From Octopus sinensis (Eukaryota): 64,000 nucleotides of DNA. The DNA lies in assembly GCF_006345805.1 (NCBI RefSeq), contig NW_021831286.1, positions 186,001-250,000 on the forward strand, in the 5' to 3' direction. Shown piece by piece: positions 61,101-64,000 of this stretch; the first letter of the stretch is position 1; every line of letters begins with the position of its first letter. Position numbers and translations under genes: made by a program. Under the pieces are notes generated by a model. The model searched no databases and was not told the DNA's origin. It saw nothing but the letters and a program-made list of their open reading frames with translations.

Positions 61101-62295
61101 ATTTCAAACACGAATGAAGAACTGTCTTTTTGACAGAAAGCTTTCTATCCACAGCAGAGCAGATATCCCTATATTCGCCTTTGACAAAATGTCGAGCAGA
61201 CCAAGGTTTCCAAACTTTAATATTTCTATGCAATCGTGTTTTTAACAAAAAATCTCTTGGAAACCATATTATAGTGGCCAAAACTTTAAACTGTTGGATG
61301 TGTATGAATTCATTGATCTTGAGTTTAATTGATTCAGCCCATAAACTTGGGTTAGGTGGGTTTTTTAAAGACACGTTCCGTGTCATAAATCCAAGATGAT
61401 TTGAAGTATTTCAACCAAAAAAAACATTAACTAAATGGAATGACCTTAGTCTTATTTATTTGTTACTGACTGACTATTCAAAAGTAACAACTTTTCGCTG
61501 TTGAAATGCTTATTCTGTCTTGTGTAAGATGAACATTTATTCTTTAAAGAACAACGTTTTCATATTGCATGAAATTGTAGACTATTGACTGTTTTACAAG
61601 ATGTTACCTAAAGATTATGCTAAAAGACATAATGAAAGAGTGATATGCATTCACTTTCATTGATGTCGAGAATTTAGAGTCAACGAGAAGAAAGTTAAAG
61701 CACAGTCGATACAATCCGTGAATGAGAAAATTCAAATCAGAGTCTACAAATTTATAAAGATAAAAATATTCTTGAATATATTCAGTTTGATTTGTTTGTG
61801 TGGCATGACAAGAATCAATTTTTTTGATTGAATTTTGTATGACATCTTGCCAAAATTGACCGAAAGTAGAATTTGAAAAATTAGAAAACGCGATTTTTAA
61901 TCCAAAAACCTAAAATTAATTTGTCATGCAAGACTAAAAATAGTGTCATGAGGTAAACTTGTAACTAAAATTTCTACAATATGCATAATCGCATAAATAC
62001 AATCATTTACTATAAAGAAAACCTTAATGAATGTTTCATATAGAAACAAAGTTTAAATATTTCAAAAGACTCTGGACAAAAAATACGAAATATATATTAC
62101 CAAATAGATATGAATAAAATTACGCAATTTCCGTCAGTACTTCTAAAAGAAAGATGCAAGTTTGCCTACCTGAAGGACTATCAGAATAGAGGAAGTAATG
62201 CTCATATGGAAAAGAATCGTTCGCATTATAGTGGATAAGTAATATTAGTTATGTTGGGGTAATTTTACTACATTCAATCAATTAAAAAGAAATAT

Positions 62296-63493
62296 TTAAT
62301 TTAAATAACTGTAATTAGAATAATTAGTCCACAGCCTATCAATGACTTCTTCTATGACCATATTATTTGCATTATGTTTAAGTAATCGTAAAATGAGAAA
62401 TCCGTCTGTTTTCAAATAGTTTCTAACAAAACCGGTTCTTAATTTAATCATATGTTCATAAGAAACCGAATTTGGCCATTTAATAAATCGTCTAAAAAAG
62501 TTAATTCGAAATTCGGTTACAGCAAAATTCACAAACCAATTCAATAAATTTAAAGTTGTGAATAGTCCCAGCAAAACATACCAAAACCATAAAAAAATAA
62601 ATATTTTTTCAATGAAAATATTGATTGGCAAAACACATTCAACTGTGTAAATGTGAGGTCGACTTAATTCCTGGATAGAAAAATCACAAAATGAATCGGT
62701 GGGAAAGTAATTAATTTTTGAGAGTAAATTTATGCCAGGGATACTTGATAGACCATAGAGCCAAAAATTGATCCCCAAAACATATTTGATAAGGAAAAAT
62801 TGGCAGATCAAGTTCAATAAAAATAGAATTTTTGTGGCCAAGTAACTGAAAGAAATGCATGAGCAGTTATTTCGGAATACGTTGTAACCAAATATAAGTT
62901 TAACTATTTTTTGGTGTAATCTGGACTTTTTCTGCTCAGAAGAACGTGTTTGAAGATAATTGTCAATTGTAGTAGATAATACTGTGGAAACTTGGTCAAT
63001 GTTGTCCAAATTGTCAATCTTTTGAACATAGGCTGCTTTGGAAATAATTTTGTTGATATTAATTCCGCAGTGATTTGAAACAGATCTCCAAAATAAAATT
63101 GGAAGGTAAAACATGAGCCCAGTAAGAAACAAGAAAAAATATATCCAGTGATAATACTTCAGACTCAGTGTCTGAATTCTTGAAGAATTATTTTTCAAAG
63201 GAAGAAAAGCGTAGGTCCCGTTCATAAGACATACTGCTTCCGTGAATTTATTATATGGTCCTAAAATATATTAACAACACGAAATTTAAATTTTAATGAC
63301 TAAATTTACCTTTAAAATCTCCTGGAGTCCAGCACGAAATTTGGTTTCCAACATATTGTGTAGATAGAATTATTAATGCAAATAAAGCAAGCATTAAAGC
63401 AGTATAACGATAATGTAATCTATCTATTAATTCATCATCTTTTCTGTCATCAGATTTATGTATTGTTTCAGTAGCAAACTTAACAAACTGCAT
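62296..63493 (-). CDS. Innexin (gap-junction protein)
   Basis: DELIDRLHYRYT, QYVGNQISCWTP.DF, C..NGTY, YYHWIYFFL...FYLP, FPTDSFCDF, VECVLPINIFIEKIFIFLWFW, YLKTDG..ILRL; one intron at ~63261-63309; start codon uncertain. Confidence 0.95.
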
Positions 63494-64000
63494 AAATTTA
63501 AAATTTCTTATTTTAAACAAGTTTATCAAACAAACAATTTAGGTTAACCAATAATAAACAAAGTTTCAAAATTAATATAAATTATAAATATAAATAGTTT
63601 TTTTTGAATGAACAAATAAATCAAATGAAAGTAAATCAGCTAACTACGACTAAAAGGTGTTTGTCAAAAATTTAAGAATCAGCGCTGCGTATGGAATGGC
63701 AGTTTCCGCATAGTTAAACAATGAAAAAAGGCTCTTTAACTGGACAAAAAAACAAGAGATTTACTACCAAATAGGTATGACTAAAACTTCGCCAGTTCTT
63801 GTCAGCACCTCGAAACGAAAGAGGTGGGCTTTGACTCAATATGCGAATAGAAGTTACGATTAGATGGAACTCGACTCGATTATTTAATAATTGTTTTTAA
63901 TTTTTTTGATCAAGACAAGAAACCAAAGGCAATTTGTGTCACGCGCTATAAATGAAACGGGTGCCTAAAGTGAAACGCTGTGACCTTGAATTTAATTATC

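Noticed and set aside
1-64000. CRISPR arrays, prokaryotic operons, rRNA or intact tRNA genes
   Set aside because: No repeat-spacer array or rRNA-like tract seen; the tRNA-like boxes occur only as SINE heads without a full cloverleaf

Overview
AT-rich, compact eukaryotic (animal) genomic DNA, not prokaryotic. Host genes are broken by very short GT-AG introns (about 20-35 nt), so the ORF track shows only fragments. Splicing by eye recovers a CAML/GET2-like gene, POLE2, an OXSR1/STK39 kinase, PSMD4/RPN10, a small-Maf-like bZIP, RPA2, COPG, UTP4, an IBTK-like gene, a BTG/Tob gene, an innexin and several orphans. The innexin plus micro-introns suggest a reduced invertebrate parasite such as a dicyemid; a myxozoan is an alternative, and this is inference only. 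A large part of the window is mobile DNA: CRE-like and R4/Dong-like RLE retroelements, RTE-like and Jockey/I-like LINEs, Tc1/mariner, hAT and Ginger-like DNA transposons, and two tRNA-headed SINE families with clear TSDs. The most notable observations are: (1) an RTE-like LINE with a twin-priming-type 5' inversion and 11-bp TSD; (2) a hAT transposase carrying two host-style micro-introns; (3) a repeatable switch from A/C-rich to G/T-rich introns along genes; (4) modular SINEs with tails resembling local LINEs; (5) a TAG-ended element with a 5-bp TSD; (6) a candidate 15-nt intron. All family calls come from motif recognition; no database searches were run.
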